Origin: Halogeometricum borinquense DSM 11551 | GTDB taxonomy: Archaea; Halobacteriota; Halobacteria; Halobacteriales; Haloferacaceae | Direction: 5' to 3' | Length of the DNA: 32,000 nt | Assembly: GCF_000172995.2 (NCBI RefSeq) | Contig: NC_014729.1 | Coordinates: forward strand, 2,520,001-2,552,000 | Position numbers and translations under genes: made by a program | Part shown: in pieces, positions 31,581 through 32,000 of the stretch | How the letters are laid out: every line of letters begins with the position of its first letter | Numbering within the stretch: position 1 is the stretch's first letter | The notes under the pieces: generated by a model | Told to the model about the DNA's origin: nothing | Seen by the model: only the letters and a program-made list of their open reading frames with translations | Databases searched by the model: none

Positions 31581-32000
31581 ATGACACACGTAGCCATTGT
31601 CGGCGCATACGGAAGCGCGGGGGTCGCCGTCGCAGACCGACTCGTCGAACACGTCGGGGCAGAGATAGACCGCCTCACGCTCGTAGACGACGGCGAACCC
31701 GGCGGCGGTCTCTGTATCCTCCGCGGATGTATGCCCTCCAAAGAGGTGCTATCGACTGCCGCACACCGCTACCAGATGCGTCACGACCACCGTCTCGTCG
31801 GGGAGCCACCGGAGATGGACCTCGAAGCGGTGGTAGAAACGAAGAACGAACACACCTCGAACTTCGCCTCGCATCGACGCACCGCCGTCCACCGGATGGA
31901 AGAACGCGAAGGCGTGGCGTTCCGCCACGAGACAGCGCGGTTCGTGGACGACCGAACGCTCCTCGTCGGCGACGAGCGAATCGAAGCCGACTACGTCGTC
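31581..32000 (+). CDS. FAD-dependent pyridine nucleotide-disulfide oxidoreductase (class I, CxxxxC), 5' part only
   Basis: I translated this by hand from the ATG at 31581: MTHVAIVGAYGSAGVAVADRL...GGGLCILRGCMPSKEVL. It has a dinucleotide-binding N-terminus and the redox-active CILRGC pair typical of the dihydrolipoamide dehydrogenase / mercuric reductase family. The frame stays open to the window end (140 codons). Confidence 0.8.
   Translation, partial: MTHVAIVGAYGSAGVAVADRLVEHVGAEIDRLTLVDDGEPGGGLCILRGCMPSKEVLSTAAHRYQMRHDHRLVGEPPEMDLEAVVETKNEHTSNFASHRRTAVHRMEEREGVAFRHETARFVDDRTLLVGDERIEADYVV

Noticed and set aside
1-32000. Checked the whole window for tRNA/rRNA genes, CRISPR arrays, IS elements, integrases, toxin-antitoxin pairs and known defence-system genes
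   Set aside because: None was recognisable. Every intergenic spacer is under 300 nt and none folds into an obvious cloverleaf. No transposase, integrase or nuclease-helicase defence-type proteins appear among the ORFs. The CPBP/Abi-type protease is a common housekeeping-context membrane protein here and lacks partner genes typical of abortive-infection systems.

Overview
This is a high-GC segment with an acidic proteome, typical of a haloarchaeal (class Halobacteria) chromosome. From memory, and unverified, the gene order resembles the Haloferax volcanii HVO_0549-HVO_0569 neighbourhood (kdgK1, mutL/mutS, ubaA, rpl15e, maltose ABC transporter, rio2). I support 27 protein-coding genes, one of them cut by the window end. 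I saw no rRNA, tRNA, CRISPR array, transposase or integrase, so this looks like core chromosome rather than a mobile island. Left to right the window contains: a small unknown gene divergent from a DUF4112 membrane protein; a three-gene cluster of exported proteins of unknown function (two Tat lipoproteins and one Sec protein); rio2; a TrmB-linked starch/maltodextrin locus (trmB, cytoplasmic GH13 amylase, cytoplasmic GH15 glucoamylase, MalK-like ATPase, binding protein, two permeases, cupin); rpl15e; a CPBP intramembrane protease; a single-domain rhodanese divergent from the SAMP-activating E1 ubaA; a soluble PAS-HAMP chemotaxis transducer; an HTH_10 regulator divergent from a stand-alone nuoCD; a translationally coupled mutS-nudix-mutL operon; kdgK; a heavily sequon-decorated PGF-CTERM surface protein; and the 5' end of a CxxxxC flavoprotein disulfide reductase. 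Many genes have a TATA-like element about 26-28 nt upstream of the start codon, which fits leaderless transcripts. The candidates most worth follow-up are: (1) the Nudix hydrolase wedged by overlapping stop/start codons between mutS and mutL; (2) the exported three-protein cluster at 1041-3857; (3) the orphan nuoCD paired with an HTH_10 regulator, carrying a possible Tyr-to-Trp change in the quinone-site motif; (4) the rhodanese/UbaA divergent pair with a 13-bp interrupted inverted repeat between the two genes; and (5) the PGF-CTERM glycoprotein behind a 16 % GC promoter island with a strong Shine-Dalgarno site. All functional calls come from motif recognition by eye. No database search was run.
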